Positions 18,337-29,213 are shown, counted from the first letter of the stretch. The stretch: 32,000 nucleotides of DNA from Mycobacterium leprae TN (GCF_000195855.1 NC_002677.1:1650001-1682000); one strand, 5' to 3'. Numbers and translations are program-made. The notes: a model not told the origin generated them from the sequence alone.

Positions 18337-21246
18337 GTGGCTGACCGCTTGATCGTCAAGGGTGCCCGTGAGCACAACCTGCGAAGCGTCGATCTCGACC
18401 TGCCGCGGGATTCATTGATCGTCTTCACCGGGCTGTCCGGATCAGGCAAGTCTTCACTGGCATTCGACACCATCTTCGCCGAGGGCCAGCGCCGCTACGT
18501 GGAGTCACTGTCGGCCTACGCGCGCCAATTCCTTGGACAGATGGACAAGCCGGACGTCGACTTCATCGAGGGTCTTTCCCCGGCGGTGTCCATCGACCAG
18601 AAGTCGACGAACCGCAACCCGAGGTCGACCGTAGGAACAATCACCGAGGTGTACGATTACCTGCGATTGTTATATGCGCGTGCTGGCACACCGCACTGCC
18701 CGATCTGTGGCGAGCAGATCTCCCGTCAGACCCCGCAGCAAATTGTCGATCAGGTGCTGGTGCTGCCGGAGGGCACCCGGTTTTTGGTGCTCGCTCCGGT
18801 GGTGCGTACCCGCAAGGGCGAGTTCGCGGACCTGTTCGACAAGCTCAACGCACAGGGCTACAGCCGGGTTCGGGTCGACGATGTAGTGTACCCGTTGAGC
18901 GATCCACCGAAGCTTAAAAAACAAGAAAAGCACGACATCGAGGTGGTAGTGGACCGACTCACCGTCAAGATCGCCGCCAAGCAGCGGCTCACCGACTCGG
19001 TGGAAACCGCCCTGAACCTAGCTGACGGCATCGTAGTGTTGGAATTTCCCGACGATCACGACGAACGTGGCCACCCGCGCGAACAGTGCTTCTCCGAGAA
19101 GTTAGCTTGCCCCAATGGGCACCCCCTGGCCGTTGACGACCTGGAACCACGCTCGTTCTCGTTCAACTCGCCCTACGGCGCCTGTCCCGAATGTGTGGGC
19201 TTGGGAATCCGCAAAGAGATCGACTCAGATCTAGTGGTGCCCGACCCGGATCGCACTCTGGCCGAGGGTGCGGTGGCGCCGTGGTCGGCGGGGCGCACCG
19301 CGGAGTACTTCACCCGGATGATGGCCGGGCTCGGCGAGAAACTGGGATTCGACGTTGACACGCCATGGCGCAAACTCCCGGCCAAGGCCCGCAAGGCGAT
19401 TCTTGAAGGTTCCGATCATCAGGTGCATGTGCAGTACCACAACCGGTACGGTCGACCCCGCTCATATTACGTTGATTTTGAGGGCGTGCTGACGTTCTTA
19501 CAGCGCAAGATGGAGCAGACCGAGTCCGAGCAGATGAAGGAACGCTACGAGGGTTTCATGCGTAATATCCCCTGCCCGGTGTGTCAGGGGACCCGACTCA
19601 AGCCAGAGATTCTGGCGGTGACGTTAGCGGCAGGGGAGCGGGGCGCGAAGTCCATTGCCGAGGTCTGCGAGCTGTCCATCGCGGACTGCTCGGCTTTTCT
19701 GAACGCGCTTATCCTTGGTGTGCGCGAGCAGGCGATAGCGGGGCAGGTGCTCAAAGAAATCCAGTCGCGACTCGGCTTTTTGCTCGACGTCGGGCTGGAG
19801 TACCTCTCGCTGTCTCGGGCGGCAGCCACGCTGTCTGGTGGTGAGGCCCAACGCATTCGGCTAGCTACCCAAATCGGTTCCGGTCTGGTGGGCGTGCTCT
19901 ACGTCCTTGACGAACCATCCATCGGGCTACACCAGCGCGACAACCGTCGACTCATCGAAACTCTCACGCGGTTAAGGGCGTTGGGGAACACACTGATCGT
20001 CGTCGAACATGACGAAGACACCATCGCACACGCTGACTGGGTCGTCGACATCGGCCCGGGCGCCGGTGAGCATGGCGGCCAAATCGTGCACAACGGGACC
20101 TACCGTGAACTGCTGGCAAATAAGGATTCGATTACCGGTGCTTACCTGTCGGGTCGGGAAAGCATTGCCACCCCCACACGTCGGCGTTCCGTCGACCGTA
20201 AGCGTGAGCTCACCGTCGTCGGGGCCCGCGAGCACAATCTGCGCGGCATCGACGTGTCGTTTCCGCTTGGCGTGTTGACCTCGGTAACCGGTGTGTCGGG
20301 CTCCGGCAAGTCAACTTTGGTCAATGATATCCTGGCAGCGGTGCTGGCCAACAGGCTCAACGGCGCTCGGCAAGTTCCGGGTCGCCATACCCGAGTCACC
20401 GGCCTAGAACATCTGGACAAGCTGGTGAGGGTGGACCAGTCGCCGATCGGCCGCACGCCGCGATCCAACCCGGCCACCTACACCGGGGTATTTGACAAGA
20501 TCCGAATCTTGTTCGCGGCTACCACCGAGGCGAAAGTCCGTGGTTACCAACCCGGTAGATTCTCGTTCAACGTTAAGGGCGGTCGCTGCGAGGCGTGCAC
20601 CGGTGACGGCACCATCAAGATCGAGATGAACTTCTTGCCGGACGTGTATGTACCTTGTGAAGTGTGCCAGGGCGCCCGGTACAACCGAGAAACCCTTGAA
20701 GTACACTACAAAGGCAAGGCCATATCCGAAGTGTTGGACATGTCGATCGAGGAAGCGGCGGAGTTCTTTGAGCCGATCATCGGCATTAACCGTTATCTGC
20801 GCACGCTGGTCGATGTCGGTCTGGGCTATGTCCGACTGGGTCAGCCCGCGCCGACGTTGTCGGGTGGTGAGGCGCAGCGGGTCAAACTGGCGTCCGAGTT
20901 GCAGAAGCGTTCGACCGGGCGCACCATCTACATTCTCGACGAACCCACCACAGGACTGCATTTCGACGATATCCGCAAACTTCTTAACGTCATCAATGGT
21001 CTTGTTGACAAAGACAATACGGTGATCGTGATCGAACACAACCTGGACGTGATCAAAACGTCGGACTGGATCGTCGATATGGGTCCCGAGGGTGGCGCTC
21101 AAGGTGGAACCGTTGTCGCCGAAGGCACTCCGGAGGATGTCGCAGCGGTTCCGGAAAGCTACACTGGCAAATTTCTCGCCGAAGTCGTTGGCGCAGGGTG
21201 CGCGCCTGCACGCACACCACGGCGACGCCGCACAGTCACCGCCTAA
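18337..21246 (+). CDS. uvrA: Excinuclease ABC subunit A
   Basis: The long ORF has two ABC ATPase modules ([14 protein letters not shown]; [13 protein letters not shown]; two LSGGEAQR signatures) and zinc-finger cysteine pairs (CPICG...CPEC; CEAC...CEVC). I chose GTG 18337 ([15 protein letters not shown], preceded by GAGAGGGG) rather than the ORF-track start at 18259. Confidence 0.95.
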   Translation: MADRLIVKGAREHNLRSVDLDLPRDSLIVFTGLSGSGKSSLAFDTIFAEGQRRYVESLSAYARQFLGQMDKPDVDFIEGLSPAVSIDQKSTNRNPRSTVGTITEVYDYLRLLYARAGTPHCPICGEQISRQTPQQIVDQVLVLPEGTRFLVLAPVVRTRKGEFADLFDKLNAQGYSRVRVDDVVYPLSDPPKLKKQEKHDIEVVVDRLTVKIAAKQRLTDSVETALNLADGIVVLEFPDDHDERGHPREQCFSEKLACPNGHPLAVDDLEPRSFSFNSPYGACPECVGLGIRKEIDSDLVVPDPDRTLAEGAVAPWSAGRTAEYFTRMMAGLGEKLGFDVDTPWRKLPAKARKAILEGSDHQVHVQYHNRYGRPRSYYVDFEGVLTFLQRKMEQTESEQMKERYEGFMRNIPCPVCQGTRLKPEILAVTLAAGERGAKSIAEVCELSIADCSAFLNALILGVREQAIAGQVLKEIQSRLGFLLDVGLEYLSLSRAAATLSGGEAQRIRLATQIGSGLVGVLYVLDEPSIGLHQRDNRRLIETLTRLRALGNTLIVVEHDEDTIAHADWVVDIGPGAGEHGGQIVHNGTYRELLANKDSITGAYLSGRESIATPTRRRSVDRKRELTVVGAREHNLRGIDVSFPLGVLTSVTGVSGSGKSTLVNDILAAVLANRLNGARQVPGRHTRVTGLEHLDKLVRVDQSPIGRTPRSNPATYTGVFDKIRILFAATTEAKVRGYQPGRFSFNVKGGRCEACTGDGTIKIEMNFLPDVYVPCEVCQGARYNRETLEVHYKGKAISEVLDMSIEEAAEFFEPIIGINRYLRTLVDVGLGYVRLGQPAPTLSGGEAQRVKLASELQKRSTGRTIYILDEPTTGLHFDDIRKLLNVINGLVDKDNTVIVIEHNLDVIKTSDWIVDMGPEGGAQGGTVVAEGTPEDVAAVPESYTGKFLAEVVGAGCAPARTPRRRRTVTA

Positions 21247-21922
21247 GTCCACACAAATATCGCGTTTGCAGTGACGGCGTCGAATTTCGTGGCACCTAAG
21301 GCCGTCGCGGGCCTGGATTAGCTCTTCTCGCAGACGGATTCAAAGGTCGACACTCCTACTTTAGTTACCCCGGATCAGGCTGGGGAAGAAGGGCTTTCGC
21401 TGGCTCTGTCGTCGAAACCATGGTCTTACCGTGCGCTGCGGGACGGGTGGGGTGTTGGTTCGTCGAGTATGTCGTCACGCTACTGCGGGCGGTTGCCTGT
21501 CGATTACCACTGCCGATCGACATAGTGCAAGTGCACCATCTGCTCTCAGCACATCAGTATCAGTGCCATTTGCACGCTGGTTGAGGATCGCCGCCGTACT
21601 ATAGATGGTAGTGGCGAGTGGCTATGATAGCGACCATCGAAACTGCCAAAGTCCATGTGCTGACAGACATGGCTGTATCTCGGGGTAGACGCGTGATCCA
21701 CAATTCTTCGCTCAGCATTGCTCGAGTCGATTAAGCGTGTTCATGTTTTGGCTTGCCGAACACAAGGCACTGCTTGCCCAGTGGGTCCATGCTCTCCACG
21801 GATTGCAGTATCTTACACATAAATCATATATCCCGTAACGAAGAAGCCCGGATTAGGTGTAATGGTTAAGCGTTAGCAACGGCCGCGGCGAATTTGTTGC
21901 TAAACTTGCGGCCAGCGCCGAG

Positions 21923-24900
21923 CTAGTGCGGCTTGGCCAGTGGGAACGGTAGCGTTTCGCGAATGCTGCGGCCGGTGATTAACATCACGAGACGGTCTAT
22001 GCCCATTCCCAGGCCGCCGGTCGGTGGCATAGCGTATTCCATGGCTTGTAGGAAGTCTTCGTCGAGCTCCATCGCTTCGGGGTTTCCGCCGACGGCCAAT
22101 AAGGACTGTTCGTGCAGACGACGCCGCTGCTCTACCGGGTCGGTTAGTTCGCTGTAGGCGGTACCTAATTCTATACCCCACGCCACCAGGTCCCATCGCT
22201 CGGCGACACCGGGCTTACTTCTATGTGGCCGGGTTAACGGTGACACGGACGTTGGAAAGTCGATGTAGAATGTCGGTTGATCGGTTCGGTTCTCAACCAG
22301 GTGCTCATAGAGCTTCAGAACCACCGCACCAGTATCCCAGTGTGGCCAATAAGGTATGTGTGCGGCGTCGGACAATTTACGCAGAGTGGCCAACTCAGTG
22401 CTGGTGTCGACACATTCTCCGAGCGCTTCGGATACTGCTTCGTACACGGTCTTCACCGGCCAGACGCCGGAGATGTCGATCGGCTCGAGGTGGTTTGCGG
22501 TTCCGCTTGCTCCCTCGATCCGCGGCCGCATTAGGGTCTGTGTACCGTTCGCGGCTTCGGCGGCATTCTGGATCAATTCTCGGCAGCCGTCGATCCACAT
22601 TAGGTAGTCTGCGTGCGCCTGGTAGGCCTCCAGCAAGGTGAACTCCGGATTGTGACTAAAGTCTACTCCCTCGTTACGGAAGGCCCGGCCCAGCTCGAAG
22701 ACCCGCTCTACACCCCCGATGCACAGCCTCTTAAGATAGAGCTCCGGGGCAATGCGTAGGAACAGATCCATGTCATAGGTATTGATGCGAGTGGCGAATG
22801 GCCGGGCAGTGGCGCCGCCGTGAATTTGTTGCAGGATTGGGGTCTCGACTTCGACAAATCCTTTAGCGAACAGCATCTCCCTGACCGAGCGCAACACGCA
22901 GCTGCGAGCCATGATCAGGTTACGGGACTCGGTATTGACTGCCAGATCGACATAACGGGTTCGCACCCGGGCTTCTGGGTCGGTTAACCCCTTCCATTTG
23001 TTCGGTAGCGGCCGTAAGCATTTACCGATCAGCCGCCAGTTGCGTACTATCAACGAGCGAGTCCCGTTTTTGCTGAAGCCCATGTTCCCGGTCATTTCGA
23101 CTATATCGCCCAGATCAATGGCTGCGGTGAAATCTGCGATGCAGCAGCACTCCAGCACTAAATTATCCAGCAGCACTTGTATTTCGCCCGACCAGTCACG
23201 CACATGAGCAAACAACACGCCGCCATAGTCACGTATCCGCAATATGCGTCCAGATATCGAGACGGTGCCTTCGTCGTCGGCATCCAGAGCCTGGGCGACT
23301 GTGTGGCTAGGCGGGTGTCCCACCGGATAAGCGTCAATACCGTTGAGTTGCAATGTCTTAAGTTTTGCCAGACGCACCCGTACCTGTTCGGGTATACGGG
23401 AATTCGCTACTTCCAAATCGACGTCCGCCGTTTGCAATCCGCTGACATCTGGAGTCGACCCATCGTGGTGCAGCAGCCCGGATTCTGCTAACCGCGCTGG
23501 CACAGCCGGATGATGGCCGGTGTGCACCCGGCCGCGTCGGCTGAACGGTAACACAAGGAAACCCTCGGCGATCACCGAGGCAACCCCCACCCGCGGAATC
23601 AACCGGGCGTCCTCGTAGCAGGCGTAACGAGGGACCCAGTCAGGAAGGTATTTTATGTTCGAGCGGTACAGCGTCTCCAACTGCCACCACCGTGAGAAAA
23701 ACAACAGCAGCCCCCGCCACAACCGTGCAATTGGGCCAGCGCCGAGTTGAGCACCTTGCTCGAACGCGGCGCGAAACATCGTAAAATTCAACGAAATGCG
23801 GGCGATCCCAAGAGTCTCGCCCTTGAGGGCTAGCTCGCTGACCATGAGTTCGATGGTGCCGTTGGGTGATTGTGGAGAACGGCGCATCACGTCCAACGAG
23901 ACGCCGGTGGTTCCCCACGGGACCAGTGACAGTATCGCAACGACATGGTCGTCGCGGTCCACTGCTTCGACCAGCAGGCAATCTGAATCAGCCGGATCGC
24001 CGAGCCGGCCCAGCGCCATCGAAAAGCCACGTTCGAATTCGGTGTCGCGCCAGGCGTCAGCACGCGCGATGGTGTCTGCCATCTCGTTGGCGGAGATGTC
24101 GCTGTGCCGTCTAATGCGTACGGTCAGTCCGGCCCGGCGTGCCCGTGTCACCGCCTGGCGCACTCCGCGCATGTCGGGGCCGGAAAGTTTGTAAACGGCA
24201 GTCCGCAAGATCGCCTCGTCGCCGAGTTCTATGGCGTTGAAGCCGGCCCTACGAAATACCTGGGCCCCCTGTGAACTGGCCCCCATCACACCGGGCGCCC
24301 AACCGTACGTCTGGCAAAGCTCTAACCACGCATCGACGGCCTGCGGCCATGCCCCGGGATCGCCTACTGGGTCGCCGCTGGCTAGGCAGACTCCTATCTC
24401 AACTCGATAGGTTATGGCCGCGCGGCCATTGTGCGCGAAGATCACCGACTTATCGCGCCGGGTGGCGAAGTAACCCAGTGAGTCGTTCTTGCCATACAGC
24501 TCAAGTAGCCCGCGGATGGCGGACTCATCCTCGCCGGTCAGGGCGTTATCTGCACGCTGGGACTGAAACAGCACGATAGTGGCCATGATCAACGCGAGGG
24601 CGCCGAACAAGCCGAAGATTGCGTTGAGTAAGACGTGCGGTTTGCCGCTGAAGAGGTCGGGATCGGCAAGTGCGAATCCGACCACCCGATTGGCCACATA
24701 CGGCAGGCGATCCTGCCGCGCTAGCGATCCGGGGAACAGCTCGACCAGGCCCAAAGACAACAGTATCCCGATCACGTCTCCGGCAACCAGCACCGCAGCC
24801 GCTTTGAACAGCGCGCCTCGGCGGACTTTGGCCCAGAATTCCCGATAGCTCAAAACCAGCAGCAAGATCGCAACAACATGCACTGCGAACCCGAGGTTTT

Positions 24901-25324
24901 CGCCGAATGTCTCGGCTGGGGTGTTGCCATTCGCTGCCATATCCACAGCGTTTAACACGGCGGCGAGCACCATATTGCCGAGCAACAGCAGCCAGGCGAT
25001 GCGTTTGCGCGTGGTTAGCGCGGCGGCTAACAGCGCCAGCACGAACGACCAGGCGATGCTGGTGTCCGGAAAATTAAAAAGGTAGTTGTTGATGAATTCA
25101 CGTGGGACCCTAATGAGCCACCTGATCAACGGTGACACACTTGCTATCAGTGACAGTGTGGCGATTACACCGACGGTCCAGCCGGCTGCTGCCGGTACCC
25201 AGTGATAGCGGGAGTGCGACCGGCTGCCAGAACAAGGCCCCGAACAAATTGTAGCGACTGTCACAGACCGCGAGGATATTCCTTCAAACCGTGAAATGCC
25301 TGGCGAAGCGTCTACAGTGGTCAA
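21923..25324 (-). CDS. lysX: Bifunctional lysyl-phosphatidylglycerol synthase (MprF-like membrane domain) / class II lysine-tRNA ligase
   Basis: A 1133-aa ORF with a TTG start. It has an N-terminal polytopic domain and a central MprF/DUF2156-like region ([11 protein letters not shown]...ASGDPVGD). The C-terminal LysRS has an OB fold plus class II motifs ([40 protein letters not shown]). Confidence 0.95.
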   Translation of the reverse strand: MTTVDASPGISRFEGISSRSVTVATICSGPCSGSRSHSRYHWVPAAAGWTVGVIATLSLIASVSPLIRWLIRVPREFINNYLFNFPDTSIAWSFVLALLAAALTTRKRIAWLLLLGNMVLAAVLNAVDMAANGNTPAETFGENLGFAVHVVAILLLVLSYREFWAKVRRGALFKAAAVLVAGDVIGILLSLGLVELFPGSLARQDRLPYVANRVVGFALADPDLFSGKPHVLLNAIFGLFGALALIMATIVLFQSQRADNALTGEDESAIRGLLELYGKNDSLGYFATRRDKSVIFAHNGRAAITYRVEIGVCLASGDPVGDPGAWPQAVDAWLELCQTYGWAPGVMGASSQGAQVFRRAGFNAIELGDEAILRTAVYKLSGPDMRGVRQAVTRARRAGLTVRIRRHSDISANEMADTIARADAWRDTEFERGFSMALGRLGDPADSDCLLVEAVDRDDHVVAILSLVPWGTTGVSLDVMRRSPQSPNGTIELMVSELALKGETLGIARISLNFTMFRAAFEQGAQLGAGPIARLWRGLLLFFSRWWQLETLYRSNIKYLPDWVPRYACYEDARLIPRVGVASVIAEGFLVLPFSRRGRVHTGHHPAVPARLAESGLLHHDGSTPDVSGLQTADVDLEVANSRIPEQVRVRLAKLKTLQLNGIDAYPVGHPPSHTVAQALDADDEGTVSISGRILRIRDYGGVLFAHVRDWSGEIQVLLDNLVLECCCIADFTAAIDLGDIVEMTGNMGFSKNGTRSLIVRNWRLIGKCLRPLPNKWKGLTDPEARVRTRYVDLAVNTESRNLIMARSCVLRSVREMLFAKGFVEVETPILQQIHGGATARPFATRINTYDMDLFLRIAPELYLKRLCIGGVERVFELGRAFRNEGVDFSHNPEFTLLEAYQAHADYLMWIDGCRELIQNAAEAANGTQTLMRPRIEGASGTANHLEPIDISGVWPVKTVYEAVSEALGECVDTSTELATLRKLSDAAHIPYWPHWDTGAVVLKLYEHLVENRTDQPTFYIDFPTSVSPLTRPHRSKPGVAERWDLVAWGIELGTAYSELTDPVEQRRRLHEQSLLAVGGNPEAMELDEDFLQAMEYAMPPTGGLGMGIDRLVMLITGRSIRETLPFPLAKPH

Positions 25325-25605
25325 GAGTGATTATCTACCTGCCGGACTCAGTGTAACTCACGCGCCAGAGGCCGGTTGACCTGGCCCTCGCTTCGAAGTG
25401 CCGGGCGACGCTTATTGGCTGCTAGACTGACTTCTGCGATCATACCGGCGAAGGTCGGGAACAGTTAAGTGGAGTCCCACTCCCACCGCTAGCCACGAGA
25501 GTTATTTCAGGGCTGAGCGGTCCGGTCACAGGCATGTCGTAGTGCCTGCTCCGCACGTGACGCGGACGGCTTGCATTGTTTCAAGCCGTGATCGGTCGGC
25601 ATTGG

Positions 25606-25627
25606 GCCCTGCTTGTGCAGGGCTTTT
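25606..25627 (+). terminator. Intrinsic-terminator-like hairpin plus T-run in the infC leader (possible attenuator)
   Basis: GCCCTGC (25606-25612), loop TTGT, GCAGGGC (25617-25623), followed immediately by TTTT (25624-25627). It lies 129 nt upstream of the infC start. No plus-strand gene upstream needs a terminator here. Two further hairpins precede it: 25529-25548 (6-bp stem) and 25566-25589 (8-bp stem). Confidence 0.35.
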
Positions 25628-25755
25628 GCTGATGTTGTGGTGTTTCTACCGCTGACTCCCTGATCAGCCAGGCCCTGGTCGCGGCTGGAAGACGATCTGG
25701 AGGATGGCTAAGTAGATGACTATTACGCCCACTATGGCCCAACAAGGGAGGCCCC

Positions 25756-26364
25756 ATCAGCACTGAGACCCGTGTCAACGAGCGCATACGCGTACCTGAA
25801 GTCCGGTTGATTGGTCCAGGGGGGGAGCAGGTAGGCATCGTACGGATCGAGGATGCACTTCGCGTGGCTGCGGACGCCGATCTCGACCTTGTCGAAGTTG
25901 CCCCAAATGCCAGACCACCGGTTTGCAAGATCATGGACTACGGCAAGTACAAATACGAAGTGGCACAGAAGGCACGCGAATCCCGCCGCAACCAGCAGCA
26001 GACCGTCGTCAAAGAACAAAAGTTGCGACCAAAGATCGACGATCATGATTACGAGACCAAAAAGAGCCACGTGGTCCGTTTCCTGGAGGCGGGATCCAAG
26101 GTCAAAGTCACCATCATGTTTCGCGGACGTGAGCAGTCGCGACCCGAGCTGGGTTACCGATTACTGCAGCGACTGGGTGCGGACGTCGCCGATTACGGAT
26201 TCGTCGAAACATCAGCCAAACAGGATGGGCGCAACATGACGATGGTGCTGGCACCGCATCGCGGCGCGAAGACTCGCGCCAGCGCGCGGCATCCGGAAGT
26301 ACCGGGGGCTGGGTCAGTGCAAGATATCGATGCAACCGGCGACACCGATGGTTCACCGCACTAG
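25756..26364 (+). CDS. infC: Translation initiation factor IF-3, with a non-canonical ATC start
   Basis: The ORF track starts at TTG 25807, but the conserved N-terminus [17 protein letters not shown] is encoded upstream in the same frame. That frame opens after TGA 25717-25719 and holds no ATG, GTG or TTG before 25807. ATC at 25756 is preceded by the strong Shine-Dalgarno AAGGGAGG (25744-25751). Rare start codons on infC are a well-known autoregulatory feature. Confidence 0.88.
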   Translation: MSTETRVNERIRVPEVRLIGPGGEQVGIVRIEDALRVAADADLDLVEVAPNARPPVCKIMDYGKYKYEVAQKARESRRNQQQTVVKEQKLRPKIDDHDYETKKSHVVRFLEAGSKVKVTIMFRGREQSRPELGYRLLQRLGADVADYGFVETSAKQDGRNMTMVLAPHRGAKTRASARHPEVPGAGSVQDIDATGDTDGSPH

Positions 26365-26414
26365 CGAGTTAGCCAGCGCAGGAAGAACAGTAGAAACAGC
26401 AGAACTGAGGAAAC

Positions 26415-26609
26415 ATGCCCAAGGCCAAGACCCACAGTGGGGCGTCGAAGCGGTTCCGGCGCACCGGTACCGGGAAGATCGTCCGTCAGAAAGCCAATCG
26501 TCGGCATCTGTTCGAGCATAAGCCGAGCACTCGTACCCGGCGACTGGATGGACACACGCGGGTTTCAGCCAACGACACCCAACGGGTCAATTCACTGCTG
26601 AACGGCTGA
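26415..26609 (+). CDS. rpmI: 50S ribosomal protein L35
   Basis: A 64-aa [35 protein letters not shown]..., the canonical L35 sequence. A GAGGAAAC Shine-Dalgarno is upstream. It is in the infC-rpmI-rplT operon order. Confidence 0.97.
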
Positions 26610-26662
26610 CCAGATTGCGTCAGACCATGACCAGGTACGTACGAACGAAAGGAGGAAATACC

Positions 26663-27052
26663 ATGGCACGCGTAAAGCGGGCAGTCAATGCCCATAAGAA
26701 GCGGCGCACTGTCTTGAAGGCTTCGAAAGGCTATCGCGGCCAGCGGTCCCGGCTCTATCGTAAAGCCAAAGAGCAGCAGCTGCATTCGTTGGGCTACGCT
26801 TACCGCGACCGTCGCGCGCGTAAGGGGGAGTTCCGCAAATTGTGGATTTCGCGAATCAACGCGGCTGCGCGCGCCAATGACATCACTTACAACCGGTTGA
26901 TCCAGGGCCTGAAGGCTGCGGATGTCGACGTGGATCGCAAGAATCTCGCCGATATTGCGATCAGCGATCCGGCGGCGTTCACGGCGCTCGTTGAGGTTGC
27001 CCGGTCGGGGTTACCCGAAGATGTCAACGTGCCATCCGGAGAAGCTGCTTAA
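26663..27052 (+). CDS. rplT: 50S ribosomal protein L20
   Basis: The start is taken at ATG 26663 ([15 protein letters not shown]..., the canonical L20 N-terminus), preceded by GAAAGGAGG. The ORF-track start at 26615 adds 16 non-conserved residues. Confidence 0.95.
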
Positions 27053-27061
27053 CCCACCACG

Positions 27062-27886
27062 ATGCGCACCAAGGAGCGGGGAAATCGAACCTTGCCGGGG
27101 CCTGCGGTGCTCACCGAGCGTTCCGCCCGGGTGGTCGCGGCAGTTAAGTTGCATCGCCAAGTCGCGCGGCGGCGTGTCAGACGATTTCTCGCTGAAGGCC
27201 CTAACCTCGTCGAAGCCGCCATTGTAAGCGGGCTGGTTCGCGACGTATTCGTCACAGAAGTCGCGGCCCAACGGCACGCCACAGTGCTGGCTACACTGAA
27301 GTGTCCGGTCCATCCTGTAAGCGAACGTGCCGCAAAAGCACTTTCCGACACGGTCACTCCGACTGGGTTGATCGCGGTGTGCGAAATGCCGACGACCCGG
27401 CTAGCGACTGTGCTGGCTGGCTCACCCCAGCTGGTGGTGGCCGCTGTCGAGATCAGCGAACCGGGCAATGCGGGCACTGTAATCCGCATCGCGGATGCCA
27501 TGGGTGCTGCAGCTGTGATCTTCGGTGGGTACACCGTCGACCCGTACAACGGTAAATGTCTGCGTTCCTCTGCCGGCAGTATCTTCTCGATAACGGTTGT
27601 CGTGGCGTCTGATGCCTACGCCGCTGTGACCGAATTGCGCGCCGCCGGACTGCAAGTGCTGGCCACCATGGTCGACGGTGAGACGTCTCTCGACGAAGCC
27701 AAGCCACTGCTTGGCAAGCCGACAGCTTGGCTTTTCGGGTCCGAACCACACGGTTTGTCAACCGAAATCGCAGAAGCAGCGGACTATAGAGTGCGTATTC
27801 CGATGGTCGGCGGTGTGGAAAGCCTGAACGTGGCTGCGACCGCAGCGATTTGCCTCTATCAGAGCTCGCGTGCATTGCGTCTTTAG
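27062..27886 (+). CDS. tsnR: TrmH/SpoU-family RNA 2'-O-methyltransferase (Rv1644 tsnR-like)
   Basis: A 274-aa ORF with SpoU methylase motifs (EISEPGNAGTVIRIADAMGA, WLFGSEPHGLS, IPMVGGVESLNVAATAAICLY). An alternative GTG start at 27107 (VLTERSARV...) matches the Rv1644 N-terminus as I recall it. Confidence 0.85.
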   Translation: MRTKERGNRTLPGPAVLTERSARVVAAVKLHRQVARRRVRRFLAEGPNLVEAAIVSGLVRDVFVTEVAAQRHATVLATLKCPVHPVSERAAKALSDTVTPTGLIAVCEMPTTRLATVLAGSPQLVVAAVEISEPGNAGTVIRIADAMGAAAVIFGGYTVDPYNGKCLRSSAGSIFSITVVVASDAYAAVTELRAAGLQVLATMVDGETSLDEAKPLLGKPTAWLFGSEPHGLSTEIAEAADYRVRIPMVGGVESLNVAATAAICLYQSSRALRL

Positions 27887-27989
27887 CCATCTGGTGGTAC
27901 AAGTCACGACTCCTGGCTTAGCCGCACTGGCCAGATCGCCACTAGCGCGTTCATTCCTGGCCTTAGGCAATCTTTTCCTACGGGGCTTC

Positions 27990-29054
27990 GCATCCAGCTG
28001 TAGGCTGCGGCCCTTCCAGACGAAAAGGGCGGGTATAGCACGTAACTGACTCACATGCTTCATCAGTGTCAGAGCGGGGCCGCGCAAGGGGTGGCTAAAG
28101 GTGTGGCGGCAGAGGTGGGACTGAGACTGAGGAGGAAAATAATGCATCGGCAGCCCTCGGCGGTCACGTGGTGGCGCCATGAATCCCGGTGCTTCGACCA
28201 ACGGAGCGTCCCTGAGTAGTTGCCCTTGTGCCCGGCGGTAAGCAGCCAGCGCAAGGGTGCAACCGGATTTCGTCGGGAACCGCTAAGAATGCCACTTCGC
28301 CCAACGTGCCGAATAGCCGTAGCAACATCTCGTCTCCAGTCTTCCAGTGCATTCCCGCTTTTTCGCGAACAGCCGGGTCAAATAATCCAACCGCGATCCA
28401 GCGTTGACCCGACGCCAACGGCTTCAACAGTTGATCCCAGATCGGGGTTGGCATGAGCACAAACTTCAGTTTGGGAATCCACATCTGGAAGATGTCCAAG
28501 ATGCCCTGGTTAATCTTTAGCTCCTCGCGACATACCCGGTTCCAGTACTGCTGAAGCTCCTCCCATGATTCGGGCACCGGCTTCATGCTCATCCCACACA
28601 TCCGGTACCACTGAATGTGTTCGTCGAATCAATGCCGCTTCTCGGCTTTGGTCAAACCGCCACAAAAATACTCGGCCACTTTGACGAGCAGCATGAAAAA
28701 CGTCGCGTGCGCGCAGTAAAACGTCTCCGGATTCAGCCCGTGATACCGACGCCTGGAGGCGTCAAACCCTTGATCGTGTTGTGGTAACTTTTGACCTGTT
28801 GTCCGGTCTGAGCCACTCAATCGCCGTCGTCGACCACGACCATAATCGGAATACACTGGATTGAGCCACCCACTGCAGCGGTTCGCGCAGTAAGATGTAA
28901 TGCTCTTCGCACCCAGTACCGGGGTCTGGATACATATTTTGGATCGCGCCAATCCACACACTCAATCACTCCGATGCGCAAATCACCGAAATACTTCCAG
29001 GCTAAGCGAATCCGGCCCGAGCGGCTCAGCGGATGTCTTCAAAGTAGCAGTCAT
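27990..29054 (-). pseudogene. DUF2236 / MpaB-type oxygenase-family protein pseudogene (positional equivalent of Rv1645c)
   Basis: ATG at 29054 with an AGGAGG Shine-Dalgarno (complement of 29061-29066), giving MTATLKTSAEPLGPDSLS. A frameshift near 29000 leads to WKYFGDLR (the family N-terminal motif). Further shifts follow. YHGLNPETFYCAHATFF lies in ORF 28961->28629, which ends at an in-frame TGA (28631-28629). The same frame then continues FDEHIQWYRMCGMSMKPVPESWEELQQYW...(28601->28164). The 3' end is approximate. Confidence 0.7.
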
Positions 29055-29213
29055 CACGGCCTCCTACGCAATGATTGCGCCCACAATAAATGTTGGCAAC
29101 ACACGTTGTCTACATTTCCAGCACCTGATAATATTAGGGGATTTATCGATTGTTCACAATGGTAGCGCAACGGTATGATCAGGTCTTTATTGTGCATTGT
29201 GACATAAACGTCA

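Noticed and set aside
20404-21252. 282-aa minus-strand ORF antisense to the uvrA 3' half
   Set aside because: It is fully overlapped by the strongly supported uvrA. It has no recognisable domain and is a high-GC antisense artefact.
21873-21903. Hairpin TTAGCAAC...GTTGCTAA (8-bp stem, 15-nt loop containing the palindrome GCCGCGGC) just downstream of the lysX stop
   Set aside because: It could be an I-shaped terminator for lysX. However, it has a large loop, no U-tract and a modest stem, which is not enough to call a terminator from sequence alone.
27049-27549. 166-aa minus-strand ORF antisense to the TrmH-family gene
   Set aside because: It is an antisense frame with Ala/Thr/Ser/Arg-rich composition, inside a well-supported CDS.
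29149-29203. Possible CRP-type site (TGTGA-N6-TCACA) near ATTGTTCACAAT / ATTGTGCATTGTGACATAAACGTCA upstream of the cyclase
   Set aside because: The best alignment, TGTGA-cataaa-CGTCA, matches only 2 of 5 positions in the second half-site. The ATTGT/ACAAT palindrome has just 5-bp arms. I mention it as a low-level observation only.
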